A DNA stretch of 32,000 nucleotides from Clostridiales bacterium (GTDB lineage Bacteria > Bacillota > Clostridia > Christensenellales > Aristaeellaceae), in assembly GCA_004556155.1 (NCBI GenBank), contig SFIM01000006.1, positions 23,760-55,759 on the forward strand. Reading direction: 5' to 3'. The notes under the pieces were generated by a model. It did not search any database. It was not told the DNA's origin and saw nothing but the letters and a program-made list of their open reading frames with translations. The stretch's first letter is position 1, and each line of letters opens with the position of its first letter. The position numbers and the translations under genes are program-made. Below are positions 24,061-32,000 of this stretch, piece by piece.

Positions 24061-25729
24061 GTGCTTGTTCCTTTACGGCGGCGGAGAGATCGCGCAGCCG
24101 TTTCATCACATCGTTGGCGCCGCGGCCAAAGTAATCGTGCAGAGCGATGTATTCCTGATACAGCGCGTCGTAGGCGGCGGCCTGGCTGGCGTCGGGCTGA
24201 TAGCGGATATCGCTCAGGCAGCTCATGCGCGCGGCAGCCTCGTCCAATTGATCGTAGCCGCCCTTTTGCGTGCCCGCCGCACAGGCGGACAAAATGGCCA
24301 TGCCCACGGCCGGGGTAGGCAGGGGCTTGGAAATGTAGAGCGGGCGCTGAATGATATTGCTTAGCAGCTGCATGAACAGGGGGTTTTTGTAGGATATGCC
24401 GCCGCTGACATGCAGGGCGCGGATGGGCACGCCCGCGCGCTCGTGCGCATCGATGATGCAGCGCAGGCCAAAGCCCAGCCCCTCCATCAGCGCGCGGTAT
24501 ATCTCCTCGGGGCGGGTTTGCAGCGTCATGCCCAGCAGCATGCCGCTCAGGCGCATATCAGCCAGGCAGGAACGGTTGCCGTTCCACCAGTCCAGACAGA
24601 TCAGCCCGCTTTCGCCCGGGCGCAGGCGCGCGGCGCGGCGGGAAAGCTCCTCATGTGCGGAGATGTGCGCATCCTGCGCGGCGCGAAGCACTTCCTCGGG
24701 CGCGCAGCGGCTGACAAACCAGCCCAGCAGGTCGCCGAAGGCTGCCTGACCGGAGGCATAGCCGTACAGACCGGGCAGGGTGTTGTCCAGCGTGATGCTG
24801 GTGGTGCCCTCTACGGGCAAAAATTGGGAGTAGCACAGGATCATGGCGGAGGACGTGCCGGCTGCTAGCGCGGCGGGGCCGGGGCCTGTGATGCCCAGCG
24901 CGGGCAGGGAAGCCATGGCGTCGGGATGCGGGGCGGTGACGACGATGCCCGCGGGAAGACCCAGCCAGGCAGCCTGACGCGCGGTCAGATAGCCGCTGAC
25001 CGCGCCGATATCGATGAGCTTGCCGCGCACCTTGGCGCCGATCATGCCGGCCAGGCGCGGATCGGCATAACGCAGCAGCGGCGGATAGCCCACGCCCTCG
25101 CGGTACTGCGCCTTGTGCGTTGCCAGCGAGCGCGCCAGGTTCTCATTGCCGGTAAGCCGCTGGGTCAGCCAGTCGCCGACCTCCAGAAAGCGGTCGGCCG
25201 CGTCAAACACATCGGGCGCCTCGCGCAGCACCTGCCACACCTTGGGAAAAAACGCCTCGGGGGACAGCCTGCCGCCCACGCAGGGAAGCAGCTCCGGGTC
25301 ATGCTCGCGCATCAGCTCGGTCAGCCGCGCGGCCTCCCACTGCGCGGCATGGTGCTTCCACAGCTTGATATAGGCGTGCGGATTGCGCTCGAACCGGGGA
25401 TCAAAGCACAGCGGCGTGCCGGCCTTATCAACAGGCAGGGGCGTGCTACAGGTAAAATCCATGCCCATGCCGATGATATCCGCGCGGTTGATATCGGACT
25501 GATCCAGCACGCCGTGCACGGTGGCATGCAGGCCGTCCAGAAAATCCTGCGGGTGCTGCAGGGCATAATCGGGGGGCAGGGGCGTGCCGCAGGGCAGACG
25601 ATCGGACATTACGCCGTGGGCATAGGGACATTCGGATTCAGATAGCACCGCGCCGTCGGATACGCGGCACAGCACGGCGCGGGCGGACTGGGTGCCAAAA
25701 TCAACGCCGATGGTATAGGTTTGCTTCAT
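24044..25729 (-). CDS. FGGY-family carbohydrate kinase, ribulokinase-like
   Basis: At 561 aa it has the length typical of AraB-type kinases. The N-terminus (YTIGVDFGTQSARAVL...LPPDYALQHPQDFL...IIGMGMDFTCSTPLPVDKAGTPLC) closely parallels my recollection of Bacillus AraB. I left the gene symbol empty because no araA or araD partner is present. Confidence 0.85.
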   Translation of the reverse strand: MKQTYTIGVDFGTQSARAVLCRVSDGAVLSESECPYAHGVMSDRLPCGTPLPPDYALQHPQDFLDGLHATVHGVLDQSDINRADIIGMGMDFTCSTPLPVDKAGTPLCFDPRFERNPHAYIKLWKHHAAQWEAARLTELMREHDPELLPCVGGRLSPEAFFPKVWQVLREAPDVFDAADRFLEVGDWLTQRLTGNENLARSLATHKAQYREGVGYPPLLRYADPRLAGMIGAKVRGKLIDIGAVSGYLTARQAAWLGLPAGIVVTAPHPDAMASLPALGITGPGPAALAAGTSSAMILCYSQFLPVEGTTSITLDNTLPGLYGYASGQAAFGDLLGWFVSRCAPEEVLRAAQDAHISAHEELSRRAARLRPGESGLICLDWWNGNRSCLADMRLSGMLLGMTLQTRPEEIYRALMEGLGFGLRCIIDAHERAGVPIRALHVSGGISYKNPLFMQLLSNIIQRPLYISKPLPTPAVGMAILSACAAGTQKGGYDQLDEAAARMSCLSDIRYQPDASQAAAYDALYQEYIALHDYFGRGANDVMKRLRDLSAAVKEQAHAKHE

Positions 25730-25738
25730 AAAAAGTGC

Positions 25739-26572
25739 TTAGCCCTTTACGCCGGAGGTGGCGATACCTTCAACAAAGTATTTTTGCCCAACGATAAACA
25801 GGATGACGACCGGCACGATGGCGCTGGTGGCGGCGGCCATGGTGAGGTTATGCTCCTTGAATTCATCGAGCATGTACCACTGAATATTCTGCGATACGGT
25901 GTACAATTCCTTCTTGACCAGGAAAATCAGCGGAGCCATATATTCATTCCAGCTGCTGATGAAGGCCAGGATGATCAGCGACATCAGCGCGGCCTTGGTC
26001 AGCGGCAGCATGATGCGCAGGAAAATGCGCAGATGCCCTGCGCCGTCGATCTTGGCGGCTTCAATCAGATCGTTGGGCAATCCCATATAGAACTGCCGCA
26101 GCATGAAGATGGACGTGGCGCCAAAGAAGGCGGGCAGAATGATGGCCCACAGGTTGTTGTACAGGCCAATGGTCTTAAACAGCATAAAGCGGGGGATGAT
26201 GGTCAGCTGGCTGGGCACCATCATGGAGGACAGGAACAGCATGAATACGACCTGCTTGCCCTTAAAATTGATCTTGGCAAAGGAATAGGCCGCCAGGGAG
26301 GAGATGAACATCTGCCCGATGATGCTGAACAGCGCGATATACAGCGTGTTGGCAAAGGCGCGCAGCATGGAGGCTTCTTCGTTCATCCATACGGTGGCGT
26401 AGTTTTGCCACTGGACCCTGGCAGGCAGCCAGTGGAAGGGCCGGGCAAATACCTCCGGCGCGGTTTTGAGCGAGGAGAGCACCATCCATACCAGCGGAAC
26501 GACAAACAACACGGCGATGAGCGAAACAACGATGGTGCGCACGATGGCGGCCGCTCTTTCATTCTTTTTCAT
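25739..26572 (-). CDS. Carbohydrate ABC transporter permease (MalG-like)
   Basis: EAA loop LPNDLIEAAKIDGAGHLRIFLRIMLPL and six helices. I trimmed the track ORF (27025) to ATG 26572, which is preceded by AAAGGAGAA. Confidence 0.9.
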   Translation of the reverse strand: MKKNERAAAIVRTIVVSLIAVLFVVPLVWMVLSSLKTAPEVFARPFHWLPARVQWQNYATVWMNEEASMLRAFANTLYIALFSIIGQMFISSLAAYSFAKINFKGKQVVFMLFLSSMMVPSQLTIIPRFMLFKTIGLYNNLWAIILPAFFGATSIFMLRQFYMGLPNDLIEAAKIDGAGHLRIFLRIMLPLTKAALMSLIILAFISSWNEYMAPLIFLVKKELYTVSQNIQWYMLDEFKEHNLTMAAATSAIVPVVILFIVGQKYFVEGIATSGVKG

Positions 26573-26589
26573 GGGGCGTTCTCCTTTCT

Positions 26590-27519
26590 TTAATAATGAA
26601 CCCACTTCTTCTGTCCCCAGAAGTTGAGCAGGGTAATGACGAGAATGAGCACGAACAGCACCATGGACTGCGCTGCGGCATAGCCAAACTTGTAGCTGCC
26701 AAAGGCGTTGCCGTAGATTTCCACCACCATGGAGGTGTTGGCGTAGGAGGGGGAGCCCATGGTCATGATGTTGACGGAGGAGAAGATCTTGAATACTGCG
26801 ATCATACGCACGATGACCAGATAGAAGGTGGTGGGGGATACCATGGGCAGCGTGATGTAGAAGAACTTCTGCATGCCGGTGGCACGGTCGATGTCGGCGG
26901 CCTCGTACAGGCTGGCGGGCACGCTTTGCAGCGCGGACATGTAGATAACCAGCTCGTAGCCCACGGCCGTCCAGATGACCATCACGATGATGGGAATTTT
27001 GTTCAATTGCAGGCTTACAAACCATTGCGGCGGGTTCTTAATGCCCAGCGCCAGCAGGATGGAGTTGATCACGCCGTCGTCGCGGAACATGAACTTGAAT
27101 ACGGCGGCCAGCGCCACAGCGCTGGAGATGTAGGGGATGAAGAAGGCCATGCGCAGCAGCTTTCTGCAATAGACCTTGTTGTTGAGGATATAGGCCAGCA
27201 CCAGGGCCAGCAGGATGGAGGTGGGCACGGTGGCGATGGAATAGATGAACGTGTTGGCAAAGGCCTGGCCGAAGCGGCGATCCCTGGCCAGGTTGGCAAA
27301 GTTTTGCAGGCCGACCCACTTCAGCTTTTTCCAGCCGCCCAGAAAATTCCACTTGGTAAAGGACAGACCGATGGAGGCGAAGAAGGGGAAGGCCACGAAG
27401 ACCAGAAACACAATCAGCGCGGGCAGGATGAAGGCATAGCCGATGAGGGTTTCCTGCCGCTGCAAGGCGCTGGTGCGCTTTGTCAGCCGCTTGCGGGCTG
27501 CCAGATCAGGATTGGACAT
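26590..27519 (-). CDS. Carbohydrate ABC transporter permease (MalF-like)
   Basis: EAA loop SVPASLYEAADIDRATGMQKFFYITLPM. The N-terminus (LIGYAFILPALIVFLVFVAFPF) is typical of CUT1 permeases. Confidence 0.9.
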   Translation of the reverse strand: MSNPDLAARKRLTKRTSALQRQETLIGYAFILPALIVFLVFVAFPFFASIGLSFTKWNFLGGWKKLKWVGLQNFANLARDRRFGQAFANTFIYSIATVPTSILLALVLAYILNNKVYCRKLLRMAFFIPYISSAVALAAVFKFMFRDDGVINSILLALGIKNPPQWFVSLQLNKIPIIVMVIWTAVGYELVIYMSALQSVPASLYEAADIDRATGMQKFFYITLPMVSPTTFYLVIVRMIAVFKIFSSVNIMTMGSPSYANTSMVVEIYGNAFGSYKFGYAAAQSMVLFVLILVITLLNFWGQKKWVHY

Positions 27520-27540
27520 GGTGTTTTCCTCATTTCTATG

Positions 27541-27571
27541 GCCCTCCCGCCCCTTGGCGAGGCGGGAGGGC
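27541..27571 (-). promoter_or_regulatory. Intercistronic GC-rich hairpin between the binding-protein and permease genes
   Basis: Perfect 11-bp stem gccctcccgcc (27541-27551) / ggcgggagggc (27561-27571) with a 9-nt loop. No U-run follows on the minus strand. It sits in the 89-nt gap after the SBP stop. Confidence 0.6.
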
Positions 27572-27608
27572 GCTGTGTTGCTTCAATCCGCCCTGGGATT
27601 GAAATAAA

Positions 27609-28964
27609 TTAGTCAGCGTTCTTGATGGCTTCGTCGGCGATTTGCTTGGCCTGGGCCATGGCCTCCTCAGCGGTCATCAGACCCTGATGCGCATAGCGGG
27701 TATACTCGTTGATCGCCTTGTTGACGTCGGTGTAGGCGGTCAGGATGGTGTCGGTGTAGGGAGGATTGTCATAGTTGACAACCACGCGCTTGAAGGATTC
27801 CACATCCACCAGCTTTTCGGCGTTTTCCTCGCTGCCAAATACCAGATCGACCAGCGCGTTGGTGTCGGTGCCCTTCCAGGAGGACTGATGGCCGGCGCAG
27901 ATCAGATAGCGGGAGCCGTAGGTGGAATACCAGGCCAGCCAGTACCAGGCGGCCTCCTCATCGGCGCAGTTGGCGGCGATGCCGGCATGGGAGAAGTTGG
28001 ACACGCCCGCCATGTAGTTGGTCTGACCCTTTTCCTCCACAGGCCAGGGGGCGAAGCCGGTGATCCACTGGGTGGGGTACTTGCTGGTATCGCGGATGAA
28101 GCGCACCATGTTGGGGCTGATGGCGGAGGCGGCGGTGTGACCCATGAACACGTCCTGGGTCTGGATGTTATCGTTGCGGTACACCTCCAGCGGATACCAG
28201 ATCTTATCCTCTACCTCCGCCTTGATTTCGCGCTTGAGGGCGTTGACAATCAGCGGATCGGTGAAGTTGGACAGGCCGTCCTCGCCGAAATACTGATCGT
28301 GGCCGTACACCTGGTACCATACATAGGTGAAGTAGTTGACGCTGTGATAGTCGGAGCCGCCGTAGAGCACGGTGTTGCCCGCCTCGTCCTTCTTAGTCAT
28401 GGCGGCGCAGGCGGCCAGGTACTCGTCCCAGGTCCATTCGGTGGGCAGCTCGCCCAGGCCGGCCTCGTTCCAGTCGGTCATGTTGATGGAAACATAGTAG
28501 CTCAGGCCGCCGCAGGGGAAGGTGTAGTACGTGTCGTCATACTTGTACACATCGGTGCCCCAGTTGTCTACCAGGTTGATGTTGTACTTTTCAATGTAGT
28601 CGGTCAGCTCCATGTACAGGCTGTTTTCCCAGCGGCGATAGGCGTTGGCCAGGCCGAAGGAGGCCAGTACGTCGATTTCACCGGCCATCAGGGCGGCGTC
28701 AACGGCCAGGTTGCCGTCGGAGTTGTTGTTGTAGGAGGTCAGCTCAACCTTGACGTTGGGATAGGTCTGGTTGAACTCGGCGATCATGTCGTCCATGCCC
28801 TGGGAGCCCTTGAAGGGGATCCAGAAGCGCACGGTGCCGCTGACGGCGGCGGGATCCTTGGCCAGGATCCAGGAGGTGATGTCGGGCTGCTCATCGGCCA
28901 TGGCCATGGGGAGGGCGCACAGCAGCAGCACCAGCGCGGTCAGGAAAGCGAGTGCCTTTTTCAT
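27609..28964 (-). CDS. ABC transporter extracellular solute-binding protein (family 1, sugar type)
   Basis: Signal sequence MKKALAFLTALVLLLCALPMAMADEQ, about 451 aa, aromatic-rich (many W/Y) as is typical of CUT1 sugar-binding proteins. It is adjacent to MalF/MalG-like permeases. I trimmed to ATG 28964. Confidence 0.88.
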   Translation of the reverse strand: MKKALAFLTALVLLLCALPMAMADEQPDITSWILAKDPAAVSGTVRFWIPFKGSQGMDDMIAEFNQTYPNVKVELTSYNNNSDGNLAVDAALMAGEIDVLASFGLANAYRRWENSLYMELTDYIEKYNINLVDNWGTDVYKYDDTYYTFPCGGLSYYVSINMTDWNEAGLGELPTEWTWDEYLAACAAMTKKDEAGNTVLYGGSDYHSVNYFTYVWYQVYGHDQYFGEDGLSNFTDPLIVNALKREIKAEVEDKIWYPLEVYRNDNIQTQDVFMGHTAASAISPNMVRFIRDTSKYPTQWITGFAPWPVEEKGQTNYMAGVSNFSHAGIAANCADEEAAWYWLAWYSTYGSRYLICAGHQSSWKGTDTNALVDLVFGSEENAEKLVDVESFKRVVVNYDNPPYTDTILTAYTDVNKAINEYTRYAHQGLMTAEEAMAQAKQIADEAIKNAD

Positions 28965-29024
28965 GTGGGGATACCTCTTTCTTTTATATTTTGGAAACGC
29001 TGCGGCGTTTGCCATTCTCTGTTG

Positions 29025-30407
29025 TCAGCCCAGGAAGGCGCCCTGTCTGCGCAGGGCGTCGCGCAGGGCCTGCACGTCGATCTGCCGGGGGGAGATGTGC
29101 GCTGCGGCGGCCTGCGCGGCTGCCGTGCCCGCCGCCTGCCCCAGCGCCATGCAGGGGGGCATCACGCGGATGGCCCCGGCAGCCTCGGACGTGGCCGACA
29201 CGCTGCGCCCTGCCACCAGCAGGTTTTCCACCTTCAGGGGCACAAGGCAGCGGTAGGGCACGCCGTAGTACTCGCCGTTTTCCACCGTGACGTACTCGTT
29301 GCTCATCGGGCCGAAGCGCCCGTGCACGTCGATGGAGTTGGCGGCCAGCAGGATGCTGTCGTCAAAGAGCACGCCGTGCAGCACATCGTCGGTGGTCAGG
29401 ATATATTCGCCCTTGATGTGCCGTGTTTCGCGCACGCCAATGTGCGCGGGCGTGCTGAGCAGCACGGCGTTTTCGCAGCCGGGCACATATTTGCGCAGGA
29501 AGCGGAAAATCTGCTGCACCTGCCGGCGGCCCTCCATCTCGGCGCGGGACAGCTGATCGGGATCGGTGGCGTCCACGCCCATGATGCGCGAGGTGTTGAT
29601 ATTCCACTCATCCTCGCGCACACCGCGGAAGATGCCGATGGACACGCGCTGCAAATCCCAGTCGCCGTTGGCTCGGGCCTGAGCCACCCGCCAGTGGAAG
29701 GAGCGGTAGTTTACGCCGTCCTTGCGGTAAAAGTTATCGCGGTTCGCATCGATATCGGCCTCCACCTTGGCGGAATCCACATGGCCGATACGGAAGAACA
29801 TCGTCACCGGCTGGATGCGGCCGCTGGCCTCGTCGCCCATCTCGCAGGGCACGCCGCTGCGATAGGCAACGTCCGCGTCGCCCGTGCAGTCAATCACGAT
29901 ATCGCTCTTTACCAGCTTCAGCCCGCCCTTGGTCATGATGACCAGGCCGGTCAGGCGGTTTTCATCCATCACAGGGGACACGAACGTGCTGTGGAACAGC
30001 ACCTGCACCCCGGCCTCGCAGCACATTTCATCCAGCACCACCTTGAGCGTTTCTGCGTCAAAGGGGGTGACGTGGTTGTGCCCCACCACGATGTAGGAGG
30101 TAAAGGCGGAGCCTGCGGGCACCTGGCCGGGATCGATGGCCGCCCCGCGGGCAACCAGGCGATCGACGATTTCCTTGAACAGGCCGCGGATGATCATATT
30201 GTCGCCATCCTTGTCATAGCAGGTCATAAAAGGATTGACCTGCCCCAGCGTCGCCATACCGCCCAGGCAGTTGCCGCTTTCAATCAGCAGGGTTTTGGCG
30301 CCGTTGCGCGCGGCCGCAATGGCGGCGCATACGCCCGCCGGGCCGCCGCCCACCACCGTCACCTGCGCGGCGTAGCTTTCATTCAGCGCACAGGAAAAAT
30401 TGTACAT
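29025..30407 (-). CDS. FAD-dependent oxidoreductase, paralogue A (460 aa)
   Basis: QVTVVGGGPAGVCAAIAAARNGAKTLLIESGNCLGGM, FLRKYVPGCENAVLLSTPAHIGVRETRHIKGEY and IRVMPPCMALGQAAGTAAA are present. ATG 30407 is preceded by GGGGAGGA. Confidence 0.88.
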   Translation of the reverse strand: MYNFSCALNESYAAQVTVVGGGPAGVCAAIAAARNGAKTLLIESGNCLGGMATLGQVNPFMTCYDKDGDNMIIRGLFKEIVDRLVARGAAIDPGQVPAGSAFTSYIVVGHNHVTPFDAETLKVVLDEMCCEAGVQVLFHSTFVSPVMDENRLTGLVIMTKGGLKLVKSDIVIDCTGDADVAYRSGVPCEMGDEASGRIQPVTMFFRIGHVDSAKVEADIDANRDNFYRKDGVNYRSFHWRVAQARANGDWDLQRVSIGIFRGVREDEWNINTSRIMGVDATDPDQLSRAEMEGRRQVQQIFRFLRKYVPGCENAVLLSTPAHIGVRETRHIKGEYILTTDDVLHGVLFDDSILLAANSIDVHGRFGPMSNEYVTVENGEYYGVPYRCLVPLKVENLLVAGRSVSATSEAAGAIRVMPPCMALGQAAGTAAAQAAAAHISPRQIDVQALRDALRRQGAFLG

Positions 30408-30426
30408 GCTCGGTTCCTCCCCTTGT

Positions 30427-31740
30427 TTATTCCTGGTCAAACAGCGTGCAGCCCGCCTTTTGCAGCGCATCCTGCACCAGATGGTAATCCAGCTCACGCG
30501 GCAGCTCCCCGCGCTTGGCGCACAGCGCCGCCGCCGTGCCCGCCGCCTGACCCGTAGCCAGACAGATAGCCATCACGCGGTAGGATGCGTGCGCGCGGTG
30601 CGTGCCGCTGATGCAGCGCCCGGCGGTCAGCATGCCGTCCACGCCGCGCGGCACCAGCGCGCCGTAGGGGATATCATAGGGAATGGCGGGCTGGGAGTGC
30701 CCCTCGGCCTGGCCGCCGCCCGCGGGATTGTGGATATCAATCAGGAACCACGCCTTATGCACCGCCACGTCGGGGCAGCGCGTGCCCGTTTCCACATCGA
30801 TATCCTCGATGCGGCGCAGACCCTCGATGCGGCGCGTCTCGCGCACGCCCAGCGTGGCGGCGGAGGACTTGACGCGGCAGTTTTCATAGCCGGGCACATA
30901 CTTGCGCAGGAAGGCGATGATCTTGTCAATCTGCGCGCGCAGGGTCAATTCGGCCGTTACTTCGTCCTTGGGGGTCAGGATATCCAGGCCGTTTGCCTGG
31001 GTGGCGTTCACATTGCGCTCGCCGGGATAGAAGGTTTTGTGCAGGCGCACGATGGATACGCTCTGGGGCAGCTCGCCGCGCTCGCAGCACTCGCGGCACA
31101 GCTGGCTGTATTTTTTGCCGTCGGGCAGGGTGACGGGATCACTGCCGCCAAAGCAGGACAGCGCGCGGCTTTCATCCAGATGATCGACCAGGAACTCGAT
31201 GGTTACAGGCTGGCAGCGGCCATCCTGCTCGCGGCCGATGTGATACTGCGCGCCCGCGCGCATCGCGGCAAAGCCGTCGCCCGTCGCGTCGATAACTACG
31301 CTGGCGTGCAGCTCCTGCAGACCCAGCGCCGTGCCTGCCAGCACGCCCGTCACGCGGGAGCCGTCCTTGAGCACCTCCACCACCGGGGTGTGCAGGAAGA
31401 TTTCCACGCCGCTTTCGTGCGTCAGGCGCAGCAGGCGCTCCTTGGCTTCTTCTACATCCACGTGGATTTCGCGCCCGTTGCGGGTGGAGAGCAGCGGCAC
31501 ATCCTCATGGCCCTCGGCCAGCAGGGCGACGATTTCATCATAAAAGCTGCCTGGGGCGACATTGCCCAGGATGGGCTGCACCTGCCCGGCGGTGAGCATG
31601 CCGCCCAGCAGGCCGCCGCGCTCCAGCAGGGCGGTGTGCGCGCCCATACGCGCCGCGGCAACCGCCGCGCCAACGCCCGCCGGGCCGCCGCCCACCACAA
31701 GCACATCATACTGCAAAGAGGGAACAGTAGCGGAAATCAT
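30427..31740 (-). CDS. FAD-dependent oxidoreductase, paralogue B (437 aa)
   Basis: YDVLVVGGGPAGVGAAVAAARMGAHTALLERGGLLGGM, FLRKYVPGYENCRVKSSAATLGVRETRRIEG and YRVMAICLATGQAAGTAAA are present. RBS AAAGGAG. Confidence 0.88.
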   Translation of the reverse strand: MISATVPSLQYDVLVVGGGPAGVGAAVAAARMGAHTALLERGGLLGGMLTAGQVQPILGNVAPGSFYDEIVALLAEGHEDVPLLSTRNGREIHVDVEEAKERLLRLTHESGVEIFLHTPVVEVLKDGSRVTGVLAGTALGLQELHASVVIDATGDGFAAMRAGAQYHIGREQDGRCQPVTIEFLVDHLDESRALSCFGGSDPVTLPDGKKYSQLCRECCERGELPQSVSIVRLHKTFYPGERNVNATQANGLDILTPKDEVTAELTLRAQIDKIIAFLRKYVPGYENCRVKSSAATLGVRETRRIEGLRRIEDIDVETGTRCPDVAVHKAWFLIDIHNPAGGGQAEGHSQPAIPYDIPYGALVPRGVDGMLTAGRCISGTHRAHASYRVMAICLATGQAAGTAAALCAKRGELPRELDYHLVQDALQKAGCTLFDQE

Positions 31741-31765
31741 AGCTGCTTTCGGCTCCTTTTTGATT

Positions 31766-31781
31766 TTTATACCGGTCTAAA
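31766..31781. promoter_or_regulatory. Imperfect palindrome (candidate LacI-family operator) overlapping a possible -10 box
   Basis: tttataCCGGtctaaa has arms matching at 5 of 6 positions around a CCGG centre. On the minus strand it contains TATAAA, about 25 nt upstream of the paralogue-B RBS. This is a weak call. Confidence 0.25.
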
Positions 31782-31813
31782 AACTAAAAATAAGAAAAAA
31801 TCGGGCTTTTATG

Positions 31814-32000
31814 TTAAACGCTTTCGCGCTCAACCATATAGGAAGGCACCACGATGGAGCGCATGGGCTGCTTGGGATCGGCCAGGCGGGAGAGCATCAT
31901 CTCCGCCGCCTGCGCGCCCATGGCGTCCTGACGGATGTTAACGGCCGTCAGCGGGGGCGTGGCGTAGCCGCACAGGGAGTTATCCTCGTAGGAGATGATG
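31814..32000 (-). CDS. LacI-family transcriptional regulator, C-terminal fragment (N-terminus beyond the window)
   Basis: My reverse-complement translation reads IISYEDNSLCGYATPPLTAVNIRQDAMGAQAAEMMLSRLADPKQPMRSIVVPSYMVERESV-stop. The motif [FY]xxPxLT[TA]V followed by a helix is the usual LacI/GalR effector-domain end. Confidence 0.8.
   Translation of the reverse strand, partial: IISYEDNSLCGYATPPLTAVNIRQDAMGAQAAEMMLSRLADPKQPMRSIVVPSYMVERESV

Noticed and set aside
27642-30557. A 971-aa plus-strand ORF, the longest ORF in the window.
   Set aside because: It runs antisense across the binding-protein gene, an intergenic gap and a whole flavoprotein gene. Its product is a low-complexity Gly/Ala/His/Val/Arg-rich string with no motifs and no RBS. 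The minus-strand genes have clear family signatures. This is the typical stop-codon-poor antisense frame of high-GC DNA.
31741-31830. I searched for a catabolite-responsive element (cre, TGWAANCGNTNWCA) near the operon start, for example tgttaaacgctttc at 31812-31825.
   Set aside because: The best candidate mismatches the consensus at several fixed positions and lies across the lacI stop codon. This is not convincing without a matrix scan.

Overview
This is a 32-kb chromosomal window of high-GC DNA (individual lines run about 65-72% G+C). It has Gram-positive-style GGAGG ribosome-binding sites and Clostridia-like gene content, including a SEDS/SpoVE-type protein, a SpoVT/AbrB-type regulator and many ATGA-coupled genes. 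The taxonomic placement (likely an Oscillospirales-type Firmicute) is inference only. I support 30 protein-coding genes. I found no tRNA, rRNA, CRISPR array, transposase or integrase. Reading left to right, the genes are: a membrane FHA protein translationally coupled to a SEDS (FtsW/RodA) glycosyltransferase; a secreted SH3b-repeat protein lying in a clear low-GC patch; nadK; a cytoplasmic GT2-TPR glycosyltransferase divergent from a secreted unknown protein; an AbrB-like regulator with an ABC ATPase and ABC-2 permease; an unknown membrane protein coupled to an EamA transporter; asnA; a Cys-rich mini-protein coupled to miaA; a MATE exporter; a MoxR / DUF58 / transglutaminase (TgpA-like) triad; dapA-dapB; a DMT transporter plus a metallophosphoesterase. 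The last 9.5 kb holds a seven-gene minus-strand operon downstream of a LacI-family gene. This operon is the most interesting locus. It encodes three paralogous cytoplasmic FAD-dependent oxidoreductases, a CUT1-type sugar ABC importer (binding protein plus two permeases, no ATPase) and a ribulokinase-like FGGY kinase, with no recognisable glycoside hydrolase, isomerase, epimerase or aldolase. I propose it as a candidate uncharacterised flavin-dependent carbohydrate or polyol catabolic route. Several near-consensus sigma-A promoters and intrinsic terminators delimit the operons. The many long Arg/Ala/Gly/Pro-rich ORFs antisense to real genes are high-GC artefacts. All family assignments come from motif recognition by eye; no database search was possible.
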